The position numbers were made by a program, and so were the translations under genes. This document shows, in pieces, positions 24,869 through 38,000 of a stretch of 64,000 nt of DNA (positions within the stretch are counted from its first letter, which is position 1; each line of letters begins with the position of its first letter). This stretch comes from Macrostomum hystrix (taxonomy: Eukaryota; Animalia; Platyhelminthes): contig CATNEN010000038.1 of the NCBI GenBank assembly GCA_950097015.1, positions 13,950,001 through 14,014,000 of the forward strand. The letters run 5' to 3'. A model generated the notes under the pieces. It saw only the letters and a list, made by a program, of their open reading frames with translations. It made no database searches and was not told the origin of the DNA.

Positions 24869-25949
24869 CTTTATAATAGTAAATTAAGTTAATAGATAAA
24901 CTGGCACTCCTTCTTTAATCAGATAATCAACCTGCGGAACGATTTCCACGAGTTCTAAGCTGCTGCTAGATGTGGGTGGGGGCCCTTCTGTCTGTTTGTC
25001 ACTCTTCTAAATTCCGCGAAGAATAGAATAGGCGGAGTGGCGAGGGCAGGGCCAGGAGGGTTGAGTGAATAGGGCCAGGGACAGGACGGGACGGGACAGG
25101 AAGATATGAAGAATTAAGAAAAAGGGATAGAAAACTTTAGGCTGAGCGCTGCCAGCAGACCGCAAAGGTTGAGGTGGGTGTATTTGGGCAGTGTACATTC
25201 AAGTTTTATCCAGAGAAGTGCGCATGCCCGCTGTCCGTGCCCAGCTCCTGTACATTGCTACTATTATTCACCGAGAACTTATTTTAATTCTTTCACTAAT
25301 TCTTTATTTAAGCGAATAGTGCTCACTTGTAAAAGGGATGCATTCATTACAAGATACCAATCGTTAACCGTTTTACAAACTTTAATTGGTTTTTGTTAAT
25401 GTGTTTTTTACGAAACTGCAGAGCTATAATTAAAAAAGTTAATTACTTACTGATTCTTGATTACAATATATATTAAAATAATATACTAAAAAGAGGGAAA
25501 TAAAGAAAACTTTGAACCATTTTGAAACCAAAAACTAGAGTATAACACCGCAGATTTATTTCTTTAGAATTCCTTGGTCAATAGAATAACTGAAGATGCG
25601 TTTCTTGGCCGAGGCTAAGACATAGACAACAAATCTGGGGTGTTATATTTATTTGAACCTAGGTGTAGCTCAGGAAGCTGGTCCTTGCGCGGTCAGTAAA
25701 AAATGCGTAGATAACATAGGCGTCATCGACTGAGCCACATTGGTTTAAATCAAATAACTTACTTAAGTTCTGTCGTTTAAATATAAAACGAAAACAACGA
25801 AACGCTTAAAAGTTTTTAAAAGTCTGGAAACTTGAAAGTCCAAGATGTGAAAAAGCTGTCCAACGCACAGATTCTATATTATCTATATATTCTATATAGA
25901 ATCTGTGGTCCAACGTGTAGCAGTTCAAAAACGGTTCAACGGAAAAAAA

Positions 25950-26625
25950 CAGTCCAACAGGTAAAACAACAATCCAACAGACAAAGCAACAGTCCAGCAG
26001 ATAAAACAACAGCCCAGCATTTCTAAAACAACAGTCCAACAGCTAAAACAACAGTCCAACAGGTATAACAACAGTCCAACATTTCTAAAACAACAGTCAA
26101 ACAGCTAAAACAACAGTCCAACAGCTAAAACAACAGACCAACATTTCTAAAACAACAGTCCAACAGCTAAAACAACAGTCCAACAGCTAAAACAACAGTC
26201 CAACAGCTAAAACAACAGTCCAACAGGTAAACAACAGTCCAACATTTCTAAAACAACAGTCCAACAGGTAAAACAACAGTCCAACAGGTAAAACAACAGT
26301 CCAACAGACAAAGCAACAGTCCAGCAGATAAAACAACAGTCCAACAGCTAAAATAACAGTCCAACAGCTAAAACAACAGCCCAACATTTCTAAAACAACA
26401 GTCCAACAGCTAAAACAACAGTCCAACAGGTAAAACAACAGTCCAACAGGTATAAAAACAGTCCAACATTTCTAAAACAACAGTCCAACAGGTAAAACAA
26501 CAGTCCAACAGACAAAGCAACAGTCCAGCAGATAAAACAACAGTCCAACAGGTAAAACAACAGTCCAACAGATGAACCAACAGTCTAACAGAGAAACGAT
26601 AGTCTAACAGGCTAAAACAGTCTAA
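25950..26625. repeat. Minisatellite, about 20-bp unit (AACAGTCCAACAGCTAAAAC)
   Basis: About 30 diverged tandem copies. Confidence 0.95.
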
Positions 26626-26669
26626 TACGTGAACAGGAACAGTATAATTTGATTCTTTGTGAAACAAGA

Positions 26670-26905
26670 AACCAACAGGTGAAAATAAAATCTAAGCAGG
26701 TGAGATAACAAGCCAACAGGTGAAACTAAAATCTAAGCAGGTGAGATAACAAGCCAACAGGTGAAACTAAAATCTAAGCAGGTGAGGTAACAAGCCAACA
26801 GGTGAAACTAAAATCTAAGCAGGTGAAATAAAAAGCCAACAGGTGAAACTAAAATCTAGCATGCGAAACAGCAGTCTAACAGGTCTAACAAGTCTAACAG
26901 GTGAA
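26670..26905. repeat. 41-bp tandem repeat with two CAGGTG per unit
   Basis: CAACAGGTGAAACTAAAATCTAAGCAGGTGAGATAACAAGC, about 4-5 copies. Confidence 0.9.
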
Positions 26906-27603
26906 ACAACAATCATGCTTGGCAATGCAGAAATGGCTGTGGCAAGCAGCTCATTAAGCGGCCAGCTGTGCCGATTCTAAGCGGAAGACAAACTGCCCGC
27001 GGTTCGGAAGACAGTTTAACGGATTATTTCATGGAAAATGCAAGGGAGACGAATGCAATTGTTCGGTATTAATCCATGATTATTATACCGCACAGAACTA
27101 TCCATAAGAAATATATTATTAGTTAATCCTTTAGCTTTGCCCACATAAAATGCAGAGCCAGCCAACCTAACATCTGTTGCTATGGCTTAACAGTTGTGCT
27201 CTCAGAAAATCTACTTAAGTTTCCTTATTGTTCCTGGGAAGAAAGAAATTTGAGTGCGCGTGCAGTTGTTTGTTAGCGGGAGAGCCCCATTTCTGAGTAG
27301 ATTTTCTGAGCAATATTCTTTTGCGAAAACAAGTGAGTACTAATACAGCTGGGAAACCAAAGCTACCTGTTATGTCTAGCTTTCCCACCAATTTCAGTGA
27401 GTGAAACCAACCCGATAAATGTGTGACCGCTATAGTTTCTACTCGTTGTCTGAGTAGACTAGCAATCCACTTTACAAACATATTGTATCAAATAGATTAG
27501 CAATCCAGTTTAAAATTTTTAAATCGAATATTGGACCGTTGTCCAATCGAATGTACTTCGTATTAAAAACCAATTTCCTAGTTCTATGGCTATTAATCGA
27601 TTA

Positions 27604-28316
27604 GGGGGGGTCGGTGGCAGACCGTTTAACGCGTTTGCCTCTCGCGTCAATGCGCCCGAGCTCGATTCCGCGGCGAGGCCACATTCATTTGGGGCGCAGC
27701 CGCGGAGAGAAGGCTTGGGGGCTTGACGTGCAATTTGCGCCCTTGCGGGCCAACCTCCAAGGCACAGTGAAGTGTACATACACTGTACATTCAGGTCAGA
27801 TGTACACACCTGTGTGAGCGTGTGCCTGAGTACAGTATCTGTTGTTCGTGTGTGCTCAGGAGTCAACGAAATGGGCAGAATCGCCTTCTTGCTGGCTGCG
27901 GATCTATTGTCACCGAATGATGTGACATTGCCCACAGCCCTCTTGCAATTAATATTTTTATAATTTTATGATTATACTCACAGGTAGATCTCACAGTTAC
28001 TTTTTAGTGGGATAAGCATACCTTGAAGGTCGGGGGTTCGATTCCCGCGACTCCGCTGGAACAATTTATGTCCTTTAGCCGAGAAAATTGACTCTGCATT
28101 GCTCCAGTTCACCCAGCTGTTAAATGGGTAAGAGCAGTAGCTGGGGTAATTGAGGGTGGGTGTAGCGTCCCCCACCCAGTCCATGGACTGAACAGCCGTA
28201 CGCAGCCTTCAGATGCAGACACCCCCTGGCTACCAACCTCCCCAGATGTCCAGGCCGGCGTCGTAGCCGCCGAGCTCGTTGAACCATCGCCGGCTGATGG
28301 CAAACAGGCCGCCGGC
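27604..28316 (+). repeat. Direct duplicate of 23117-23834 (SINE A + SINE B + splice donor + about 80 bp of GALNT-b exon 2)
   Basis: Near-identical throughout with a few substitutions and small indels. Includes the reverse complement of [26 protein letters not shown]. Confidence 0.95.
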
Positions 28317-28899
28317 TGATGGCAAACCAGTTTAATTAAAAAGCGCTACTTGCTACTTACCAAAGAAACTCTAAGTAGTATAATAGGACGTTGGAAGCCC
28401 TTTACTATGAAGTTATGTTGATGTGGATATTTATATTGATGAACACTAAAAGCTGGCCATATTAAATTTGGCTGATCTCTCACAACATGCTACTGGAGCC
28501 TTACATCACAAAGCTTAAAGCCGTCATTACCCACACTATGGGGAATTCGGAATCCTGCAACCGGATAATCTTTTATTGAGGCCCCTTTAACGGGAGCGAT
28601 AGTACACCAGCCGATTAGTTAAGTATTACTATTTTTGTCATTAAACTCAAATATGAGTTTTTCTTTTGTTTTAAACTGTCTGTACAACCAAGACTGTTGA
28701 AATTCGTTGTTTCGGTTACATACACGCAACAAGCCGATAGCTGTCTAGAAAATTAATATTGCCGGGCTTATAAGCACACTATGTACTTATGAGTCGATTG
28801 GAATACTTTACAGATACGAGCGTATAGGGATGGGAAGGATTGGGGAGAAAATATACAGATGCGAAAATGCGAAATAGATGCGAAATATGTTTGCGGAAA

Positions 28900-29195
28900 A
28901 TTAAATAGGGATGGGAAGAATATGACGGATTGGGAGAATTAGATTGGGATCGGGGAAAATTAGATTGAGGTGGGGAGAAAAAGATAGGGATGGGGAGAAT
29001 TAGATTGGCATGGGGAGAAAGAGATAGGGATGGGGAGAATTAGATTGGGATGGGGAGAAAGAGATAGGGATGGGGAGAATTAGATTGGGATGGGGAGAAT
29101 TAGATTAGGATGGTGAGAATTAGATTGGGATGGGGAGAATTAGATTAGGATGGTGAGAATTAGATTGGGATGGGGAGAATAAGATAGGGATGGGA
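28900..29195. repeat. Minisatellite, 20-bp unit (TAGATTGGGATGGGGAGAAT)
   Basis: About 13 copies. Confidence 0.93.
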
Positions 29196-30042
29196 GTAAA
29201 TAAAACAGGCATTGGGAGCATAAGACAAAGTTTACTTTCCCTTACTAAAGCAAGAGAAATGGTGAAAAATTAGCAGATCTCAAGCGGATTATCGGGTCGA
29301 GTAGTTAGGAAAATGCTAGACTTTTTCTGCGAGCTAATATGAAGAAAGAAAACACGGATGAAAGTCTACAACGCGCCTCAGTAATGAGGCTTCTTAGGGA
29401 TAATTCGCATGTTAATCCTGCTCCTGTCCAAAGTTGATGCTCGGGCCCCAGCAATGACCAAGTCCGCGTCAACAAAGAATCCAATGAACTTGTCCGCGAG
29501 CAGCCGAGAAATTGTACTTTACAGAGAGAGAGAGAGAGAAGGCGAGGCAGCAAGTGCGCCGACTGTTCAATAATCTGTCTGAATCTGCAGTCCCCCTTGA
29601 CTAGAACACGGAGATAAACGGATTCAGTGAAGATGGAGGAGGCCTCGCCGCAGAGATTTCTCCGCTGAGATGAGATACGGGCCGTAACGAAATCAAAAGC
29701 CGACGATATTGGAGGCCGAGACTGGAGGGAAGAGGGAGTGGAGGTGGCCCCGAAATTGAGGGCCCACTACAGCTTCATCAGCTGTCATCTTTAGGACTGC
29801 CGAATAGTTTGCCTATTACATTCTCTGACCCCAGTGCTGCTGCCGCTGCTCATGAGCAAAAATACGAAATTCTCGCTTTCTTGTGGCTTGTTATAGTTTT
29901 CTACTTTTTTTTCTTACAAAAATACATAAACAATATGAAGACATCGATTCTTTTTCTAAAGACTTTTTTTCAGATCAATAAATGTCTTTTATTGCCCTAA
30001 TAGGACAGACAGAAAGTAGAGAAAACGAACAACAAACAATTC

Positions 30043-30345
30043 GGGTAGACAGGGAGTGGGGTAGACAGGGAGTGGGGTAGACAGGGAGTGGGGTAGACAG
30101 GGAGTGGGGTAGACAGGGGTATAGGAGTGGGGTAGACAAGGGTATTGGAGTGGGGTAGACAGGAGTATAGGAGTGGGGTAGACAGGAGTATAGGAGTGGG
30201 GTAGACAAGCCTATAGGAGTGGGTTAGACAGGAGTATAGGAGTGGGGTAGACAGAAGTATAGGAGTGGGCTAGACAGGGGTATAGGAGTGGGGTAGACAG
30301 GAGTATAGGAGTGGGCTAGACAGGGGTATAGGAGTGGGGTAGACA
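30043..30345. repeat. G-rich minisatellite, 16/23-bp units (GAGTGGGGTAGACAGG...)
   Basis: Tandem copies just downstream of the QTRT2 stop. Confidence 0.93.
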
Positions 30346-30373
30346 AGTGTGGTAGAGCTGAAGTCCTCAATTC

Positions 30374-32077
30374 CTACGCTAGTGCCAGACCGTCAACAAT
30401 GTCAGCAGGATCAGTGGCAGTCAGCTGGCCGCTGGGCACAAAGGCGTCGGAATACTTCAGCACCAGTTGGTCTATGGCCTCAGCCTCGATAGAGTTTCGG
30501 CATTCGTCGAAGAAGGCCGCCATTCGATAGGCATTGTGCTCCATGAGCAGTATGCTGGCCAGAATCTCGCCGCTGAGCGCCAGATGAGCCAGGTAGCTCA
30601 GGCTGTACTCGCGGCAGCAGCGGCAGTCGCAGGCGCTGTCCAAGGCTCTATCCGTGGCCGTCAGAAGCTTGGCGTCGGCTAGACGAAGGAACCAGCCGCA
30701 GTCGGCCTGGTTTCCGGTGAGCCACGCCAGGCAGCCGCGAGTCAGCACCGTCGGCAGGCTGCCGTCGAACAGGTCGACGCCGAGGCTGATGGCGCGCACA
30801 ATGTCCGCCGGATGCACCAAGCCGGGAAAGTAGATCGGCTTAGCCGGCTGATGCTGATGCAGAGCCTCTTTGAGCACAGATGAGCACTGCTCAAGGCGGA
30901 AACTCTCGACAGGCTGGTTGTAGTAGCTGCGAATGAGAGTGCCGACTGCGGCTAAATGGCGATGGGCCTGGGTTCGAATCCGGGGAGAGGCATGATCCTC
31001 TCTTACTGTCTTTTCCCATTCACTCAATCCCAACATCCTCATCTCCATATCCTTATCTCACCATCGCCTCTTCCCATCCCAATATCTTCTCTTCCCATCT
31101 CACCATCCCCTCTTCCCATCTCACCATCGCCTCTTCCCATCTCACCATCCCCTCTTCCCATCTCACCATCCCCTCTTCCCATCTTACCATTCCCTCTTCC
31201 CATCTCACCATCGCCTCTTCCCATCTCACCATCCCCTCTTCCCATCTCACCGTCCCCTCTTCCCATCTTACCATTCCCTCTTCCCATCTCACCATCGCCC
31301 CTTCCCATCTCACCATCCCCTCTTCCCATCTCACCAACCCCTCTTCCCATCTCACCATTCCCTCGTCCCATCAGACTATTTATCCCAAGCTTACCGGAAG
31401 CCCTCCACGGCGTATCCATGGACGCCCCTGGAGTCGAGCTCTCGCAGGCAGCGCAACCTTTCATCAACATTGAAGCCGCCAACCCAACTGGCGAACACCG
31501 CCGAACCCAGTGTGGTCCCGTTGCTATCCCGCTGTTGTTCCGAGTTCTCCAGCTGCTCTTTCGCAGCCAGAAATCGATCCAGAAAGGCAAGGGTCCGATC
31601 GACCGACTTCTTGCAGCGTTTCCTGCCGTCGCCATCGAGAACTTCGCAATCGGCCAACGGCTGCACCAACTGCGGCTTGACTAGGCCAAGCAGCTCAGCC
31701 TGCAGCTCAGGACTCAGCTGAGCTTTGCCAGACCGAGTGGGCAGGCAGCAGTGCTGGGCGGTCACGCCGGCAGTCGGATAATGATCCAGGTGGTCAGACA
31801 GGGACAGGAACAGCAGCCGGTTCGGTGGCATCCGGCAGAGCTGACGGAAGTCGCCAGCCAGTCTAAGCAGCTGGAGTTTGTCCAGCCACCGATTCAGCGG
31901 TATCAAAGCCGCGCCAGACACTGATTGCTCCTGCAGCAGGTGCGAAACCACGTGTGGATCTGAGCCGCATCTTGTGTATATTAAATAGCCGGGTGTTGCT
32001 ATGGCAACCAGTTGATCGGATCCGATCAGTTGGCCGAGACGGGCGCTACCGGCGGAGGCTCGGATTGTGAATCGCAT
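30374..32077 (-). CDS. QTRT2: Queuine tRNA-ribosyltransferase accessory subunit 2 (about 411 aa)
   Basis: Exons 32077-31395 and 30926-30374 (phase 2, CG|GTAAG...ttcgcag|C). [33 protein letters not shown], Zn site CDCRCC...EHN. The catalytic DSGG motif of QTRT1 is absent. Confidence 0.9.
31055..31365. repeat. Intronic minisatellite, 21-bp unit (TCTCACCATCCCCTCTTCCCA)
   Basis: About 14 copies. Confidence 0.95.
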
Positions 32078-32147
32078 CAAGGATAGAATGCTGGATATGC
32101 CAGCTGAAATAAAGTACAAAACATAACATGTAGGGACGCACTGGAGT

Positions 32148-33836
32148 ATGATGGATGGATGATGGATTAGATAGATGATAGATTAGATGGATGATGGATT
32201 AGATAGATGATGGATTAGATAGATGATGGATTAGATAGATGATGGATTAGATGGATGATCGATTAAATAGATGATGGATTAGATAGATGATGGATTAGAT
32301 AGATGATGGATTAGATAGATGATGGATTAGATGGATGATGGATTAAATAGATGATGGATTAAATAGATGATGGATTAGATGGATGATGTATTAGATAGAT
32401 GTTGGATTAGATGGGTGATGGATTAAATAGATGATGGATTAGATGGATGATGGATTAGATAGATTATGGATTAGATAGATGATGGATTAAATAGATGATG
32501 GATTAGATGGATAATGGATTAGATAGATGATGTATTAGATAGATGATAGATTAGATGGATGATGGATTAGATAGATGATGGATTAGATAGATAATGGATT
32601 AGATAGATGATGGATTAAATAGATGATGGATTAAATAGATGATGGATTAGATGGATGATGGATTAGATAGATGATGGATTAAATAGATGATGGATTAGAT
32701 GGATGATGGATTAGATAGATGATGGATTAAATAGATGATGGGTTAAATAGATGATGGATTAAATAGATGATGGATTAGATGGATGATGGATTAGATAGAT
32801 GATGGATTAGATAGATAATGGATTAGATAGATGATGGATTAAATAGATGATGGATTAAATAGATGATGGATTAGATGGATGATGGATTAGATAGATGATG
32901 GATTAGATAGATGATGGATTAGATGGATGATGGATTAGATATATGATGGATTAGATAGATGATGGATTAGATGGATGATGGGTTAAATAGATGATGGATT
33001 AAATAGATGATGGATTAGATGGATGATGGATTAGATATATGATGGATTAGATGGATGATGGATTAGATAGATGATGGATTAGATAGATGATGGATTAAAT
33101 AGATGATGGATTAGATGGATGATGGATTAGATAGATGATGGATTAAATAGATGATGGATTAGATGGATGATGGGTTAAATAGATGATGGATTAAATAGAT
33201 GATGGATTAGATGGATGATGGATTAGATAGATGATGGATTAGATAGATAATGGATTAGATAGATGATGGATTAAATAGATGATGGATTAAATAGATGATG
33301 GATTAGATGGATGATGGATTAGATAGATGATGGATTAAATAGATGATGGATTAGATGGATGATGGATTAGATGGATGATGGGTTAAATAGATGATGGATT
33401 AAATAGATGATGGATTAGATGGATGATGGATTAGATAGATGATGGATTAAATAGATGATGGATTAGATATATGATGGATTAGATATATGATGGATTAGAT
33501 AGATGATGGATTAGATGGATGATGGATTAGATAGATGATGGATTAAATAGATGATGGATTAGATGGAAGATGGATTAGATAGATGATGGATTAGATGGAT
33601 GATGGGTTAAATAGATGATGGATTAAATAGATGATGGATTAGATGGATGATGGATTAGATATATGATGGATTAGATGGATGATGGATTAGATAGATGATG
33701 GATTAGATAGATGATGGATTAGATAGATGATGGATTAGATGGATGATGGATTAGATAGATGATGGATTAGATGGATGATGGATTAGATAGATGATGGATT
33801 AGATGGATGATGGATTAGATAGATGATGGATTGGAT
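32148..33836. repeat. Minisatellite, 16-bp unit (GATGGATTAGATAGAT)
   Basis: About 105 copies filling the EGFR-QTRT2 gap. Confidence 0.98.
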
Positions 33837-34317
33837 GCAAATAACTCGTAAATAAGTAATTTTAATGCCAAAGTTTAATTGAAAGTCACTGATTAATGAA
33901 AATAGATTTATTTTATTAAATCTTTGAGTTACAAGCATTATCATTAGTCAATAAAAGCATGATAACAGTTATGACACATAGCAGAGATATAATTAATTCA
34001 GACTTCGATTTTGTCCAATATACAAATAGCGATCGAAAGCTAAGTGAACTTACGAAAAAATAATAAAAGCAACTAAACAAAAATTAAAAAGCGAATAAGA
34101 TTCTTTGACGAAAATGGTGTAACACCTGATTACTCAGGCCGATAAAATGACAGTAAGCTGGTCGATAAATAAATTTGTATCTTATTTCAATGAACAATGC
34201 AATAGCAGGCGGAAATATTTGCTTTCAGATGCAAAAACAGAAGTTTTGCAAAAACAATCACCGCCTAAGTCGTTAGGGTTAGTCACAAATGCGTCAGGGT
34301 CACATTTAATGTTGCAG

Positions 34318-34545
34318 GGTGTCTAACAGTTTTAGACCCGGTGTCTAACAGGTGAGACCCGGTGTCTAACAGGTGAGACCCGGTGTCTAACAGGTGAGAC
34401 CCGGTGTCTAACAGGTGAGACCCGGTGTCTAACAAGTGAGACGCAGTGTCTAACAGGTGAGACCCAGTGTCTAACAGGTGATTCCCGGTGTCTAACAGGT
34501 GAGACCCGGTGTCTAACAGGTGAGACCCGGTGTCTAACAGGTCTA
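34318..34545. repeat. Minisatellite, 21-bp unit (GGTGTCTAACAGGTGAGACCC)
   Basis: About 10 copies downstream of the EGFR stop. Confidence 0.93.
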
Positions 34546-35080
34546 AGACGTGAGACCTGATTGCTTATCTAAGAGAAGCTTCATCAAGGGTGTTATAAGG
34601 ATAGATTTTTCTAGCTCTGCTTGAGGATCTGGAACCCCAAAACAAACAGTTTGCGGAATCGATTTCGAAATTCCCCATAACTCTGAGAAGGATCAGGAAG
34701 TCACCTGCAGACCCGCTAAGACACCGATAAGATTAGCTTGGAGCATTTTATTTCAAGGATCAGGGATAAATGATAAGAACGCAGAGCTTACCGTATAAAA
34801 CTTTGAAATAGCCGAGAAATATACACAGCAGACAAAATATCCAAGTTATTTCGCTTTAGCAAAGAAAAGTCTTTTGAGAAATTTCTTTAAATGCGGGTGA
34901 GCGGGGCACACAACAACAATTAAAGCAGCAACAATCTATCGCTTCCGGAATATTAATTGAATATTTTACAAAGCATGCTTTACAACACTGGGACGCTAGC
35001 GATGGGTGTTGGGCTTGGGTTGTTGGGTTGAGTTTTCTAGAAGTCCCTGTACAGTCAGTCAGTGTATTTTATTGGCAATT

Positions 35081-38000
35081 CTAGTCTTGTTGCGGTGGCG
35101 GCGGCGGCGGTGGTGGCGGGGAGAGGCCGCCCTTTGAACTGCTGGAGCTGCGAGACATCGCCCCGCGGCCGGCAACTGAAGATGACGGGCTGCGGGTTGC
35201 ATTAAAAAAATACTCCGGATTCTGAAAGGTCGGCGTACCGGCGGCGAGCGGCAACGGCGGGGGCGGTGGTGTCGGCGGAAGATGTGCCAGCGGCGGAGGC
35301 GGCGGCGGAGGCGGTGGTGTTGGCGGAAGAGGTGCCAGCGGCGGCGGTGGTGGCGGCGGTGACGGCGTCGGTGGCAGCGGGCCACGCGAGACTCGCTGGA
35401 AGTGAATCGGCTGCAAATAGCCTTCGCCGCCAGGTGAGTTGGTGGTTGAGCCCTGGCGATTTGCGAACGGTGGTTGAGACTGCGGCTGCTTGCAGGGATC
35501 TGAAGTGTAGGAATTGTCACCGAACAGAAACTTCTGCTGCAGATTCTGCGACTGCGAATGAGGCGGCGGAGGCGGCTGCTTTCCTAGAGCGCTGCCGCTG
35601 CGGCTGGCACTCGATTTACGACTGTGCGGAGGCGGCGGCGGAGGCACCAGGGGCAGCGGAGACTGTCGAATCAGCAGTGTGGCTGGCAAATTACGCCTGG
35701 CGAAATTGTTATTTCCGGCGCTGTCGATGGCAGTTTCCGCGTCCTCGAAAACATCGTGATCGCCCAGGCTGGCGTCGACATAATCGACGCTCGCTGGACT
35801 GGTGGCAGCGACGGCTGCCGCGGTCATCTCAGTGCCCCGATGGTCCAGCGTTGAGTAGCTCAGCCCCTGCTGTGAGTTCAGGGCGGTCGCGGCCACGGAC
35901 GATGGCGAACGCGACGGCGGGCGTCGGACTGGCGAGCCGGAGCCGTCTTCGTGACCGTTGGCCGAGGAGCCGCCGTCCGAGTTGCTGCTTCTCGAGGCGG
36001 TCCTGGTGAACGGGTCGCCCTGGATGCACACGTAGCGGCCCGGGTCAGCGGCCATCTTTTTGAACTCGATCTCCATGGAGTCGAAGCTGGGCCGGTGCTG
36101 GTCGTTTAGCATCCAGCACTTGATCATGATCATGTACACGTCCAGTGTGCAGATTGGCGGCTGTGGCAGTCGCTCGCCCTTCTCCAAGTAGTCGGCGATG
36201 TCCTTCGGTTTTATGTTAGCGTAAGGCGGTTCGCCGAACGTGAAGATCTCCCACAGGGTGACGCCGTAGGCCCAAACGTCAGATTTGTGTGAGAATCGCC
36301 GAGAAATCAGAGACTCGAGAGCGAGCCACTTAACGGGCAGCTTGCCGCCTGAGGCAGTATAGGCCTCGTTCGGATTGTCCAACACTTTCGCCAGGCCAAA
36401 GTCGGTGATCTTGACGTTCTTCGCAGACGCCACCAGGACATTGCGGCAGGCCAGGTCACGGTGAATGATCTGGCAATGCTCCAGATAGGCCATGCCGCTT
36501 GCTATTTGAGCGGCATAGCGGAGCAAATGACTGCTGCCTATCTGGTTGCTGTCCTTACGCGGCCTAAGGTAGTCGCGTAGATTTCCCAGCGGCATAAACT
36601 GGGTGATCAGCTGCAGCGGCTGGGTCATGCAGATGCCGACTAGGCGAACGCAGTGCGGATGATTTACCGAGGCCATGATCTTGCTCTCCTCCAGCAGCTC
36701 GCTCGACATGCCGGTGTCACCGGAGTCCGTCAAGATCTTGATGGCCACGCAGATCCTGCGTCGGTGGTCAGACTCTGGGAGCCAGTCGCCTTTGTAAACG
36801 GTGCCGAACGCACCGGAGCCGACCTCGCGACCGCGAATCAGCTCCTTCTCGGAGATAGTTAGAAGGCTGCCTCGATTCGGAATCGTTGCACCGTCCGGAC
36901 GCTTCAGCGGCTCCAGATCATCGTCGGAAGAGGCGGCGGGGTCCAGGTTTGACGCCTTTCCGCGCTTGCCAAACTTGCCGCCGCGTCTTTGCTTGATCCA
37001 GTAGAGTACGAAGGCGGCAACGATGGCTATAAGGACAACCAGAGCGACGCCGATCGCGACGAAAATTGTCGAGCCCTCTTTCAGTCCGCCGTTGTCGGGC
37101 TTCTGGTCCTCGGTGCCCACCAGGTCCATCGGACTGCTGGAACAGGCCAAGCACTTGAGTGTGCGGTGAAACACGTGGTGAGGATGCGTCTGCGGACAGG
37201 GGTTGACGCAGCTGAACGGAGACTTGTCGGGATGCTTATAATCGGACAGCAATGCGAAGGCATTTGAGAAGCACTTCTGGCAGTCTTGGCTTCCGGGTCC
37301 GTTGCAGACAGCACAGGATGGAACGCACGGGTGGCAGGTGCGATTGGCATCCACAGTATAATACGCATCCGGACACTTAGGCTTTTCGCGGTCTGAGCAC
37401 AACTTGTCCAGCCTGTTTGACTGATCCTGGTCTCGCGGTATTATAGTATAGTAGCGACACTCTTTGCAAACAGACGAAGCTCCGTGGCAGCTAAGACAAA
37501 TGCGATCGCACTCCCGGCAGATCGACACGGACAGGGACACTCGCTTCTGCAGTGCCATGAACTCGACAAGCGATTTGTCCTGGTTCGTATTCAAACTGGG
37601 ATCCAGGACGGACAGGAAGTAACCCCTCGGACAGGAGTCGGCAAGCCGGTGGCAGTGCAGAACTAGGCTGGGATCAGTTGGCGACCGCTTAATAGGAATA
37701 ATGTGCGTGCAGAACTGGCAGCCGCCATGACCGACCAGGGTGGCGTTGCCAGTGCAGGTAGGCTGGCCATTGCGCACATTGTAACACACCTGCGGACACG
37801 GCCGACAGACGCCCGCATTGTCGGGATACTGATAGTCCCTGTTGCAGCTACTTACGCATTGGTTCCCGTCGCGGTAGAGGCCTAGCGAACAGCGGCTGCA
37901 GTCATTCTCAGTTGGCCCGGTACAGGACGAGCAACTCCGGTGGCAGGCGCTGCAGACACGCTCAGTGACGTTGCCAACGCCCAAGCGAACGCTGAGGCCT

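Noticed and set aside
25661-25730. GGTGTAGCTCAG tRNA-like start
   Set aside because: No B-box or cloverleaf follows.
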